Program-made: the position numbers and the translations under genes | Notes under the pieces: generated by a model | Database searches by the model: none | What the model was told of the DNA's origin: nothing | What the model saw: only the letters and a program-made list of their open reading frames with translations | DNA from: Leidyana gryllorum EB-2025a | Lineage: Eukaryota; Protista; Apicomplexa | Direction: 5' to 3' | Length of the DNA: 64,000 nucleotides | NCBI GenBank assembly: GCA_048772705.1 | Contig: JBLWGC010000126.1 | Coordinates: 1 to 64,000, forward strand | Shown here: in pieces, positions 10,424 to 19,095 of the stretch | How positions within the stretch are numbered: the first letter of the stretch is position 1 | Layout of the letters: every line of letters starts with the position of its first letter

Positions 10424-11581
10424 ATGACCATTGCAGTTCGTGTTGGAGAGAGAGAGTCTTCTTCCTTTCATCAGCAAAAGGGGGGGCGTTTCCATCATGT
10501 CAGTGCCGTTTTGGGATCACTGTGCATTGGGGATGCACCAAAAGAAATCTCATCATCTCCAGCAGCAGAGTCAAGTTTGGGAAGTGGCAACAAAGTCTCA
10601 TCATTGACTCTGGGCAAGGCGGCATTTCTTCTTGATAACGCCACCGCTATCGACATAGCGGACGAGGAACTGCCCTCTTTTCGAAAGCGAAAGGATCTCT
10701 TGGATATTGAGATCCTCAACCATCAAACCCTGGATTGGCAATCGTGGCCCGACAAACCACTCACCGCCGACCAGATTCGAAACATCATTAGTGACCACAA
10801 AACGGCTGTGTATCTCGTCTACGAGGATCGTGTTCTCGAACTCGCAGACCTCCATATTCCCCGTGCGAATTGGAAAGCTTTCCAGACACTCGACGACGAG
10901 GGGGAGGCCGCCTCCTCATCCTCTCCAGAGGGCTTAGTCGAATGCGAAACCTCCCTCTTCCTCTCTCTCTACACCGATCGCGAGCCTACCCAGCCGCATC
11001 GGCGAAATCCGGAGACCGACGATGTCCCGTTGTACAGCACCAAGCCCATCAACCACTTGTACACGATAGCAGAGGCCGAGGAGGCCCCCCCGTTGTACAG
11101 CAGCACTGAGCCCATCGAGAACTCCGAGGACAGAGCAGCGGAGCTCGAACACATTCTCGGCTTCAAGGCTTCCACTCCCGCAGACGATGTCCCATTGTAC
11201 AGCAGCACTGAGCCCATCGTCATCCTCGAGGAGACAGCAGAGCTCGCCGAAGCACTCGCTCACACCGTGGGTCTCGCGCAAGAAAAGTCAGCAAACGCCA
11301 TTCAATCGCACTTTGACGATGTTCCAGCGGATAGTGAGCTCAAAAAGGTGGTGGCGGTGACTGTTGCCAATGGTCGAAGACGTGAGCTCCCTGGCGACAT
11401 TGTGCCCGGCTGGTGGCTCTCTATGCTCGGAACACGCAGTCTGAATCTCGAATTCCACTTCCTCAGAGACGGGGAACCTATTGTCAGAACCATCTCTTCT
11501 TCAAAGTACTTCTCGTGGGAGAAAAAGCGCCGATGTCCCTCCCGAGGATCTCTCGAGGCTGTCCGGGAACTTTCTGTGTGA
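10424..11581 (+). CDS. Orphan intronless protein embedded in the helicase array, with three PLYS(S)T[EK]PI repeats
   Basis: 385-aa ORF with ATG context gccaagATG, internal repeats at ~11020, 11085 and 11185, and no UvrD motifs seen. Confidence 0.7.
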   Translation: MTIAVRVGERESSSFHQQKGGRFHHVSAVLGSLCIGDAPKEISSSPAAESSLGSGNKVSSLTLGKAAFLLDNATAIDIADEELPSFRKRKDLLDIEILNHQTLDWQSWPDKPLTADQIRNIISDHKTAVYLVYEDRVLELADLHIPRANWKAFQTLDDEGEAASSSSPEGLVECETSLFLSLYTDREPTQPHRRNPETDDVPLYSTKPINHLYTIAEAEEAPPLYSSTEPIENSEDRAAELEHILGFKASTPADDVPLYSSTEPIVILEETAELAEALAHTVGLAQEKSANAIQSHFDDVPADSELKKVVAVTVANGRRRELPGDIVPGWWLSMLGTRSLNLEFHFLRDGEPIVRTISSSKYFSWEKKRRCPSRGSLEAVRELSV

Positions 11582-11853
11582 AGAAGGGCAAAAAGACGAA
11601 TAGATTGGAGAGTCTCTGAATCTGTCCCCAAGAGATTGCGAAACAGGGGTCTTTAATTTGGGGCGAATTTGGAGTCTGCTTTAGACTTTGCACTTTAGAA
11701 CTTGCGATATGTCACGCTTAACAGTTGTGTATCATTTGTCACATACTCATTCACACAAACTCTTTGCAATCTTACTGCGATCCTATACCGACTGGGGGGA
11801 AGGCCAAATGTGCGTTTGAACGATGTTTTTTTGGTCTACTAACACTAGCCAAG

Positions 11854-13860
11854 ATGACCACACCCCCACAAAGGTATATGATTGTGGGAGGGTCGGACGA
11901 GCATCGAACACGACTGCTGGCGCACTATATTTATGACACTGTTGTATCCGGACGGTCTGCCCCACAAAAGATGCTAATACTGAGTAATTGCGAGGTGGCC
12001 AAAACAGCCTTGAGGAAACATTTCAGGGCTGTACGGGGACGCCACCCCGGTCTCTTCTTTTCAGGACATTCGGGAACCTTCGAAGATGTGGCAGAACGAA
12101 TGTACAAATCCTGGACCGGTTGCCGAGAACTCCGCATAATGACCCCCAAAGAACGCGATGTGAAAATCACAGAACTACTCCTCAAACTCGCAATGGAAGA
12201 AGGCCGCTCCATAGTAGACCATGAAGCAGAAGAGTGTGTCCAATACATCAAACGCGAGCAACGAGAGGGACGACGCCCCGGACATCCTCAAGCGAGGAAA
12301 CCTCACTACCCAACATGGCAAGCTGTCTATCACCAATATGTTGCTGAGAAGGGCACACAAATGGAAAAGGAGGAAGTCATATGGGAGACCTTAAGACAAC
12401 TAGACGTCGAGTCCAAACGCCTGGACAAATTCACCTGTTACTTCACGGACATCATTGTTGACCAAGTGCATCTTACTACGCCAACAAACGAACGCTTCCT
12501 CCGTCGATTCGTCGGGCTGCACACACGTGTGGTGCTCACTGGCGAACTCGCCGCGGGAGGCTTCTACCGGGACAGAACGCAAGAAATCAGCGACAGTCTG
12601 CAATGCCGGATCATAAGCACAGATCTGGCCCCACCCCAAAGCTTTTGGTCAATACTTGGTGAAGAACACGAAAGACGAAAATCGCCACAACCGGAGTACG
12701 AAGAATACTGGCCACTGACCCCCAATCGAGAGCAGTCGGAGCCGGCCGTGAAAGTGACACAGCCGACGGTCTCATTGAATATCGCTACAGACTTGAAGGA
12801 TGAGAGTGCAACAGTCGCCCGTCTCATTGAAGGACTGGAAGACAAAAGTGCCTTGTATGCGGAAGGTATCATATATCCTGATGAATGGCATGCCGAACAC
12901 ATTCAGTTAGCACTCCTCCAGTCTCGGATACCCTTCAGTGTTGCTGGAGAACCCGATTTTTGGGACGACACCCACATTCGAACTCTGTTGAGTTACATCT
13001 ATGTGGCTCTGGGGTACATTGCCGCGACAGACGAGAAGACACTAGCTCGGGTCCATTGGGCAACTCGTCGTCACGATGACACACCGATGGCCAACGGCAA
13101 GCCGCGGTCATTCGATCAACTGATCGCTCGCATCGGAGACATATGTCGAGATCGAGCGTTATCGCTGACGAGTGTTATCCGGCTGGTGATGCAGTTGTGC
13201 GGTCTGGTTACCAGTTGTGACTTTGAGACGCTGCAAGCGTTTCAACACCGAGTGCAGTTGTTCCAATATGCGCTAAACGGCAACTATAATGAGGATCAAT
13301 TGGTGATCGAATATTGGCTTCGGTTCGCTGACGATTATTATTCAATGGAATCAAGTGGACCTTCAGACAGCTTGAATCAAGTGCGACTGATGAGCGTTGA
13401 TGATCCGTCAAACGATCAACCAATATTTCGCCATCTATATGTCGTTGGCTTCAATGACTCGAGAGCGGAGCTTTCTGAGACTGACCGACCAGCTGTGGAG
13501 AGCCTCCTCTCGAGAGCCACAGACAAAGTTCTACTCTTCTCTACAATTGGGTTCGGTCCGTTCTGGCGTTTTCTGCAGGTGAAATTCGAAACTCTGGCCA
13601 ATGAGCAAGAAATCATCACCACAAGTCGACCCTCCCCCAGTCCTGAGCCGTACGTGGCGGTGACGAGTCCAGTTCGATATGGCAGCGAAGAGTGCCAAGG
13701 CGGCGCTGAAGCTCTGCCTCAACCACTTCCTCCTTCTGCTAAGGCAAGACGCAAGAGAGCTCGTGGCAGCGGTCCGGCGGGCAACGCTGGTGCAGCGGGC
13801 GGGGGCGCTGGCTCTCGGCCTCCACCAGTGCGTAGCAAAGTTCCCAAAGTTGAGGCTTAA
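11854..13860 (+). CDS. Degenerate UvrD-fold pseudo-helicase (copy D)
   Basis: RYMIVGG N-terminus shared with copy B. HSGTF, FTDIIVDQ, HTRVVLTG, GIIYP, IPFSVAG, VRLMS, VVGFNDSR, FSTIGFGPFWRFL; basic C-terminus KARRKRAR. Confidence 0.8.
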   Translation: MTTPPQRYMIVGGSDEHRTRLLAHYIYDTVVSGRSAPQKMLILSNCEVAKTALRKHFRAVRGRHPGLFFSGHSGTFEDVAERMYKSWTGCRELRIMTPKERDVKITELLLKLAMEEGRSIVDHEAEECVQYIKREQREGRRPGHPQARKPHYPTWQAVYHQYVAEKGTQMEKEEVIWETLRQLDVESKRLDKFTCYFTDIIVDQVHLTTPTNERFLRRFVGLHTRVVLTGELAAGGFYRDRTQEISDSLQCRIISTDLAPPQSFWSILGEEHERRKSPQPEYEEYWPLTPNREQSEPAVKVTQPTVSLNIATDLKDESATVARLIEGLEDKSALYAEGIIYPDEWHAEHIQLALLQSRIPFSVAGEPDFWDDTHIRTLLSYIYVALGYIAATDEKTLARVHWATRRHDDTPMANGKPRSFDQLIARIGDICRDRALSLTSVIRLVMQLCGLVTSCDFETLQAFQHRVQLFQYALNGNYNEDQLVIEYWLRFADDYYSMESSGPSDSLNQVRLMSVDDPSNDQPIFRHLYVVGFNDSRAELSETDRPAVESLLSRATDKVLLFSTIGFGPFWRFLQVKFETLANEQEIITTSRPSPSPEPYVAVTSPVRYGSEECQGGAEALPQPLPPSAKARRKRARGSGPAGNAGAAGGGAGSRPPPVRSKVPKVEA

Positions 13861-14037
13861 TGAAAGCTATTCATCCCCAATGGATGTGATTCCCCAATGA
13901 ATGTCATTGTTGATTCATCCCATAGTTAGAACGTGTAATCCATCATTCATTTGTCACTGGGGCAAAGACGGGATTACACTAGTCTCTACTATGTATGCTA
14001 CTGCCCGTTCTGTGTTTCCGGTTTTTTTTGTTGGCCG

Positions 14038-16389
14038 ATGGGGGCTCACCTGCTCCTGGTGGGACGTACGGATCGAATTAGGACTAACCTGTTGGCACAG
14101 TACATTGATTATCGGGTGAAGGTTGAGAATGCCAAATTGGATAAGATATTGATGTTGTGCAATAACCGGCTCGACTTTGAGCAGTTCAAATGGGAGTACC
14201 TCAAAGTCATTGGAGGCTCGCAAGGCGAAAAGTATCCCAAGTATTGTGGAACCTTCAATGAAGTGGCACTCAGAATGTTCAAAGTGGTCATGAAGGGCAA
14301 AGCTCCAAAGGGCAACAAAGCTAAGAGGAACACTGGCTTCTCCTTGGTCTCGTCGAGAGCGAGAACTTATCGATTGAAGAAAGCCCTTTCAATACACACC
14401 CGACGAGAACCGGACGCCGAAGAGGTCAGAGACTTTGGACACTATGTAAAAAGGCGGAAAATGGCCATTGGTAATCCCAAGTTACACTCTCAGCCAATCC
14501 CTCCCAAGTTCCACCATTGGAAAAGAGCCTATGCGTCCTATGTTCAGATCAACAGGGACAATCTTAGTATCGACCCGGAAGATCTGATGCCCACCATGCT
14601 GGCACGGCTACGCCTCAAGACCAGTCCGAGGATACTGGGCGCCCTGGACTTCACAGATATTATAGTCGACCGGATAAGCTTCACGGACCCCTCCTTCACC
14701 GCCTTCGTGGAACGCTTCGCCGCCAAAGCCACTAATGTCATCTTCACAGGAACAATGGAGAACGGCCTCGCCGTTCAAACGACCGAATGGATGAAAAGGC
14801 TCCATTGCTCTCTCATCAACTGCAAACAGTTGCCTTCCACTCATGTCTGGAAACACATTCTGGTCGACCAGCACCCACGATATGCGTTTGTCCCTCCCAA
14901 CGCCCCTTCAGAGGCAACCCAACGACCTCCAAGTGCCCCCAGCGCTCCCAACGGGGCCAGTACGCCCAGCGTTCCAGACGCACCGAGCGTTATCCGGCCA
15001 CCCGGTGTTGCCAAGGGCCCGAGCGTCACCCCCAAGGCGCCCACCAAGAAGACGCCCACCACTCCCAGATCGACGAAAGGGGCGCTTCCAGCACGGGTGT
15101 CCCCCCCTCGTGTGGCTAAGGTGCCCCCCACCGTGCCTCCTATGGCGCCCCAACAAAAGAAGGCGGGTCCCGCCCCTCCACCTCGGCCACCCTCGTCGAC
15201 AGTGATCTCGGCCCGGCCGTCATCGGCTTTGATTCCTGTCATATCGCCCTCGACGGTGGTCCCGCCACCAACGTCAATCATTTCCCCGCCCGCCTCACCG
15301 AGGATCACGGCCTCGGTGGCAGTCAGCCTCAGTTGCGACCGGAAGGACTTGAGCAACCAAGTCGTTCGTACCCTCATAGAAGGTGAGGGCGGGCAGCGGG
15401 GTGCACTGTCAGAGGTCGGAGTGGTCTATCCAAACCCGGTCTATCTGGAGTACCTCAACAGGGCGTTGTTGAGTGCTCGAATACCTTTCCACGTCGCCGG
15501 AGAACCAAAAGTGTGGGAGTCTTCGTTGATTCTGACACTAACCAGCTATATCAAGATGGCACTCGATCCCGACAATCCCCGTTACAGACGGGGCTCCCGC
15601 AGACGGCAACGGGCTTTTATTCATTGGTATTCAACTAATCTTCCACCGCTCGTGTCTGCTGGTGAAGAAGAAGTACCGGTGCCCTCATTCGATTATGCTC
15701 TGCGAAAGATTGGTGAAGTTTGCAGAGATCCGTCTTTGCCGCTGTCCACTGTCATCGACTTGGTCCTGGACACATCGGGACTTCACCGCCGGGGTGAGAG
15801 ATGGAGTGCTCCGGAACAGCGAATCTACGATGCTTTCATGAACCGCATTAATAGCTTCACCGCAGTGGAGGGGCAGCCGCCGATTGACCAGTGGCTGAAA
15901 CTGAGCAACAGCCACTCGCCAATCGATGGGGTACCAGTTCCACTGCTGCAGGTGATGTGTTTGAGGGACTTGCGTCGAGACACAAAGTTTCCGTACCTCT
16001 ATATACTCGGTCTGAACGATGTTGCCGAGCTGCAAGAGACCCATCCACAAACTGTCAAAATGCTGCTCGCAATGGCAGTCAAACGAGCCCGATTCTTCAC
16101 GAACGTTGGAGTTGGTCCCGCTTGGCGATTTTTGAGAGTCAGACACGAACAGATAGAGTGCAGTGCCCAGTATCGAGCCCAGAAATTCCCGTCCCACCCA
16201 ACGATCCCCGCAGTCAAAGTTGAAAGGCGGGGCCTCAAGCGGCTGCGTGACGCACCCCAGGAGGAGGTAGGAGCAGAGGGCTCTGAGTCCCACACACGAA
16301 TGAGGCTCAATTCCTCAGTGCCCAGTCATACCGTCATTGATATAGACAGCGATTCAACCGATGATTCAGACAACAATCCAACCAATTGA
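14038..16389 (+). CDS. Degenerate UvrD-fold pseudo-helicase (copy E) with Pro-rich insert and C-terminal SIM-like motif
   Basis: YCGTF, FTDIIVDR, NVIFTG, GVVYP, IPFHVAG, LTSYIKMAL, ILGLND, GVGPAWRFL; ends TVIDIDSDSTDDSD. Confidence 0.8.
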   Translation: MGAHLLLVGRTDRIRTNLLAQYIDYRVKVENAKLDKILMLCNNRLDFEQFKWEYLKVIGGSQGEKYPKYCGTFNEVALRMFKVVMKGKAPKGNKAKRNTGFSLVSSRARTYRLKKALSIHTRREPDAEEVRDFGHYVKRRKMAIGNPKLHSQPIPPKFHHWKRAYASYVQINRDNLSIDPEDLMPTMLARLRLKTSPRILGALDFTDIIVDRISFTDPSFTAFVERFAAKATNVIFTGTMENGLAVQTTEWMKRLHCSLINCKQLPSTHVWKHILVDQHPRYAFVPPNAPSEATQRPPSAPSAPNGASTPSVPDAPSVIRPPGVAKGPSVTPKAPTKKTPTTPRSTKGALPARVSPPRVAKVPPTVPPMAPQQKKAGPAPPPRPPSSTVISARPSSALIPVISPSTVVPPPTSIISPPASPRITASVAVSLSCDRKDLSNQVVRTLIEGEGGQRGALSEVGVVYPNPVYLEYLNRALLSARIPFHVAGEPKVWESSLILTLTSYIKMALDPDNPRYRRGSRRRQRAFIHWYSTNLPPLVSAGEEEVPVPSFDYALRKIGEVCRDPSLPLSTVIDLVLDTSGLHRRGERWSAPEQRIYDAFMNRINSFTAVEGQPPIDQWLKLSNSHSPIDGVPVPLLQVMCLRDLRRDTKFPYLYILGLNDVAELQETHPQTVKMLLAMAVKRARFFTNVGVGPAWRFLRVRHEQIECSAQYRAQKFPSHPTIPAVKVERRGLKRLRDAPQEEVGAEGSESHTRMRLNSSVPSHTVIDIDSDSTDDSDNNPTN

Positions 16390-16546
16390 CCTAACTGGAG
16401 GCAGAGCACACACATACAATGTTATGATCTGTCCAGTCTGGCAGTGCACTTTGGAAGGCAGATTGTTCTTCAGAATAGATTGGAGTTTAATCGGAGTCAT
16501 ATACAGCATGTAGGCAGGAGGCAGAATTATTTTTTTGGTGCCGGAC

Positions 16547-18868
16547 ATGGCGACGATTCGGACCCGCCGAATTGCTTTACACTTGGGAGAGGAGGAATGG
16601 CGGACCAATTTGCTGGCCAGCTATATTCACTATAGAGTGGAGGTTGAAGGAGCAGATCCAAAGGCCATAATGGTTCTTTGTCCGGAGGCTGTGGGTGTAG
16701 CAAGGTTATTGACGGCTATGGAGTCGCTCAGGTGGAAGTCTGGTAGTCCTCCAGAGATTGCTTATATTGGAAGTTTCGCGAATGTGGCATTGAAGATGTA
16801 TGAGGATATGACAGAATCTGGACCGTGGAATTTGATGCAAAGTAATGTTAAAATTGAAGTAGTGAATGATATCTTAAAACGAGAATGTATGCTCGAAGGA
16901 CGGGAACCCATCACGATGGAGCTGTCCGCGTGCAATACTTATGTCAAATGGCGACAATTGTCTAACATGTATAAGGAAGACAATCAAAATGTTGCGGACG
17001 GCCCATTCCGGACCTGGAGATCTGTCTTTCGTAAATTCGAAGAGGATAAGCGTCAAACCCAACAACTGGACCCAGAGGACATTATCTGCAAACCGATGTA
17101 CTACATCGATAAGCATCAGGCGCAGGAGGCCAGAACCCGGTTCACCGACCTTGTCATCAATAAAGCTGATGAGATGAGCACACTTCATAAACAATGGATA
17201 AGTCGCTTTATTGGGCCCCAAACACACACGGTGATGGCTGGGCGTGAGATACCGCAGAATGCCCCGAAGAACGCTGCTGGGGCGCCAGTTTTCTGGTCAG
17301 ATGGCAATGAAGATGAGATGGTGCTGGTGAACATTAATCTTGACAGCAAAACAAACCCTGCATTTCCCCAGTTCTGGGAGGTTCAAATGGCCCGATGCGC
17401 AGCTGCACAGACACCGGGTCCCCAGGCCATAGACTCCACCCCCGAGCCGCGCAAGACGCCCGTCTCCATCAGTGCGAGTCGGCCTCCACCCATTGCTAAC
17501 CCGCCCTCCCCGCCCCCCATAAGCTCCAGCAAGCCCGTTTCTCACAACAACAACAATATCAACAGTCTTTCTGAGCTGCTGGCATCGCTAGGCTATCCCA
17601 CGCTCGCATCCGTCCCGTCCCCCTTTAAGTATGCGAATGTGCCACCAGCAGCACTACCCATTGAGTCACGGCGAGGACCTTTGAATGTCCCCCAACGACC
17701 GTCGGACATGTTCTATATACCCCCAGATCCCAACAGATTGACCCAATATCGCGACCATCACTTCTTGGGTGCCGCCTCAGAGGTGACATTTCATGTGACG
17801 TGTCATGTGACCGACTTGGTCTCGGATGTCGTGCGCCACATACAACAAGTCGACGGCGCCTCGCCAGTTGCTTTGGGTATCGTTTGTCCATCGCCTTTGT
17901 ACCTCGAAACACTCCGGCCAGCACTCTTCGCCAGCAGAGTACCATTCAATGTTACCGGAGAGAAGGTGTGGGGTTCACAAATTCTGGGGATCTTCCAAAA
18001 CCACCTCAAGGTCGCGCTGCATCACCCAAATGTTTCTGCGGTCGACGAAGAGATATACGCTGTTACCAAAGCTCATTGGTGGATGCAGCACGGCTTGAAG
18101 GTCATCAAGCACGAGCCTGAAAATAAATCATCTTCTTCAAAGATTCCGTCGGCGCGCCCTCTTGCGTACCCCAGTTATGACCACCTGATGACAACCATTC
18201 AGGAGATCTGTCGGCATAGCTGCACAATCGGACAAGGAGGTTGGCCTCTTTCTCGGGCGTTGTGTACAATCCTTGATATGCTCGATTTCCCTCGGTCGGA
18301 GAACTTCACGCCGCAAGATCACCGCGACTTGCGCGCTCTGAGAGCTCTGGCCCAAAGTGCGGACCAAATACTCACGCCAGGGTCGCAGGAAGGACTCGCA
18401 CCGCTGCTCAAGTGGATCGAATTAGTGGATTTTCATCGCAACCTCGTCGCCGCTCCGGATGCCAGCAAGATGAAGATAAAATATGTCACTCTTATGGAGC
18501 TCGAGGATGTTCCGCTCAACCAGGATTTTGGGGTCCTCTATGTCGCCGGATACAACGACTCCAGAGCCAGTCTGTCAGACAGTGACCCCCACACATTCGA
18601 TGAGCTTCGGCTGAGAACCAAATACACAATCCGACTCTTCACCATATTCGGGTTTGGACCGTCTTGGCGCCTCAAAAGAGGCATCCACTGCGGGCCAGTC
18701 ACCTATACTCCGATGTACCGAGCCCTTCGCGACCCCTCCACTGCCAACAGAATGGCAGCTCTCGTTCCATGGGTTCCAGAGCCACTGCCGCACACACCAT
18801 TGGGAGCCTCCAAACGACCATTCGGACCACCTCACGGTGTCCCTAGCAGCAAAATGCCGAGGCGATAG
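16547..18868 (+). CDS. Degenerate UvrD-fold pseudo-helicase (copy F)
   Basis: RTNLLASYIHYRV shared with copy E. DPKAIMVL, YIGSF, FTDLVI, GIVCP, VPFNVTG, VTLME, VAGYNDSR, GFGPSWRL. Confidence 0.78.
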   Translation: MATIRTRRIALHLGEEEWRTNLLASYIHYRVEVEGADPKAIMVLCPEAVGVARLLTAMESLRWKSGSPPEIAYIGSFANVALKMYEDMTESGPWNLMQSNVKIEVVNDILKRECMLEGREPITMELSACNTYVKWRQLSNMYKEDNQNVADGPFRTWRSVFRKFEEDKRQTQQLDPEDIICKPMYYIDKHQAQEARTRFTDLVINKADEMSTLHKQWISRFIGPQTHTVMAGREIPQNAPKNAAGAPVFWSDGNEDEMVLVNINLDSKTNPAFPQFWEVQMARCAAAQTPGPQAIDSTPEPRKTPVSISASRPPPIANPPSPPPISSSKPVSHNNNNINSLSELLASLGYPTLASVPSPFKYANVPPAALPIESRRGPLNVPQRPSDMFYIPPDPNRLTQYRDHHFLGAASEVTFHVTCHVTDLVSDVVRHIQQVDGASPVALGIVCPSPLYLETLRPALFASRVPFNVTGEKVWGSQILGIFQNHLKVALHHPNVSAVDEEIYAVTKAHWWMQHGLKVIKHEPENKSSSSKIPSARPLAYPSYDHLMTTIQEICRHSCTIGQGGWPLSRALCTILDMLDFPRSENFTPQDHRDLRALRALAQSADQILTPGSQEGLAPLLKWIELVDFHRNLVAAPDASKMKIKYVTLMELEDVPLNQDFGVLYVAGYNDSRASLSDSDPHTFDELRLRTKYTIRLFTIFGFGPSWRLKRGIHCGPVTYTPMYRALRDPSTANRMAALVPWVPEPLPHTPLGASKRPFGPPHGVPSSKMPRR

Positions 18869-19095
18869 GCCACCGAGAATATAGATCAGCCTCAGCATAT
18901 TGACAACTTTCATACGACATCTATCATGATCAATGCGCCCTCTCACAACACACAAATATAGTCAGCCTCAAGCTGTCCGCCGCGAATCCATTGAGCTGGC
19001 AGCCAGATGCCTCAGAATACACTCTTTGCCCTCGCCACAGCATTCAGTGCAATTCGCAGCTCTGTGAAAATCGATCCATTGCTGCTTTTTTTGTC

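Noticed and set aside
9071-11220. Short direct repeats as a CRISPR array
   Set aside because: In-frame coding repeats, few copies, no regular unique spacers, no cas genes
8050-18868. Calling copies B, D, E and F pseudogenes
   Set aside because: Each is an uninterrupted ORF of over 2 kb with shared conserved motifs; no stops or frameshifts
11725-19095. N-terminal extensions in the ORF track for copies D, E, F and G
   Set aside because: They arise from TTG/GTG starts; homology begins at the first ATG, which follows the T-run motif
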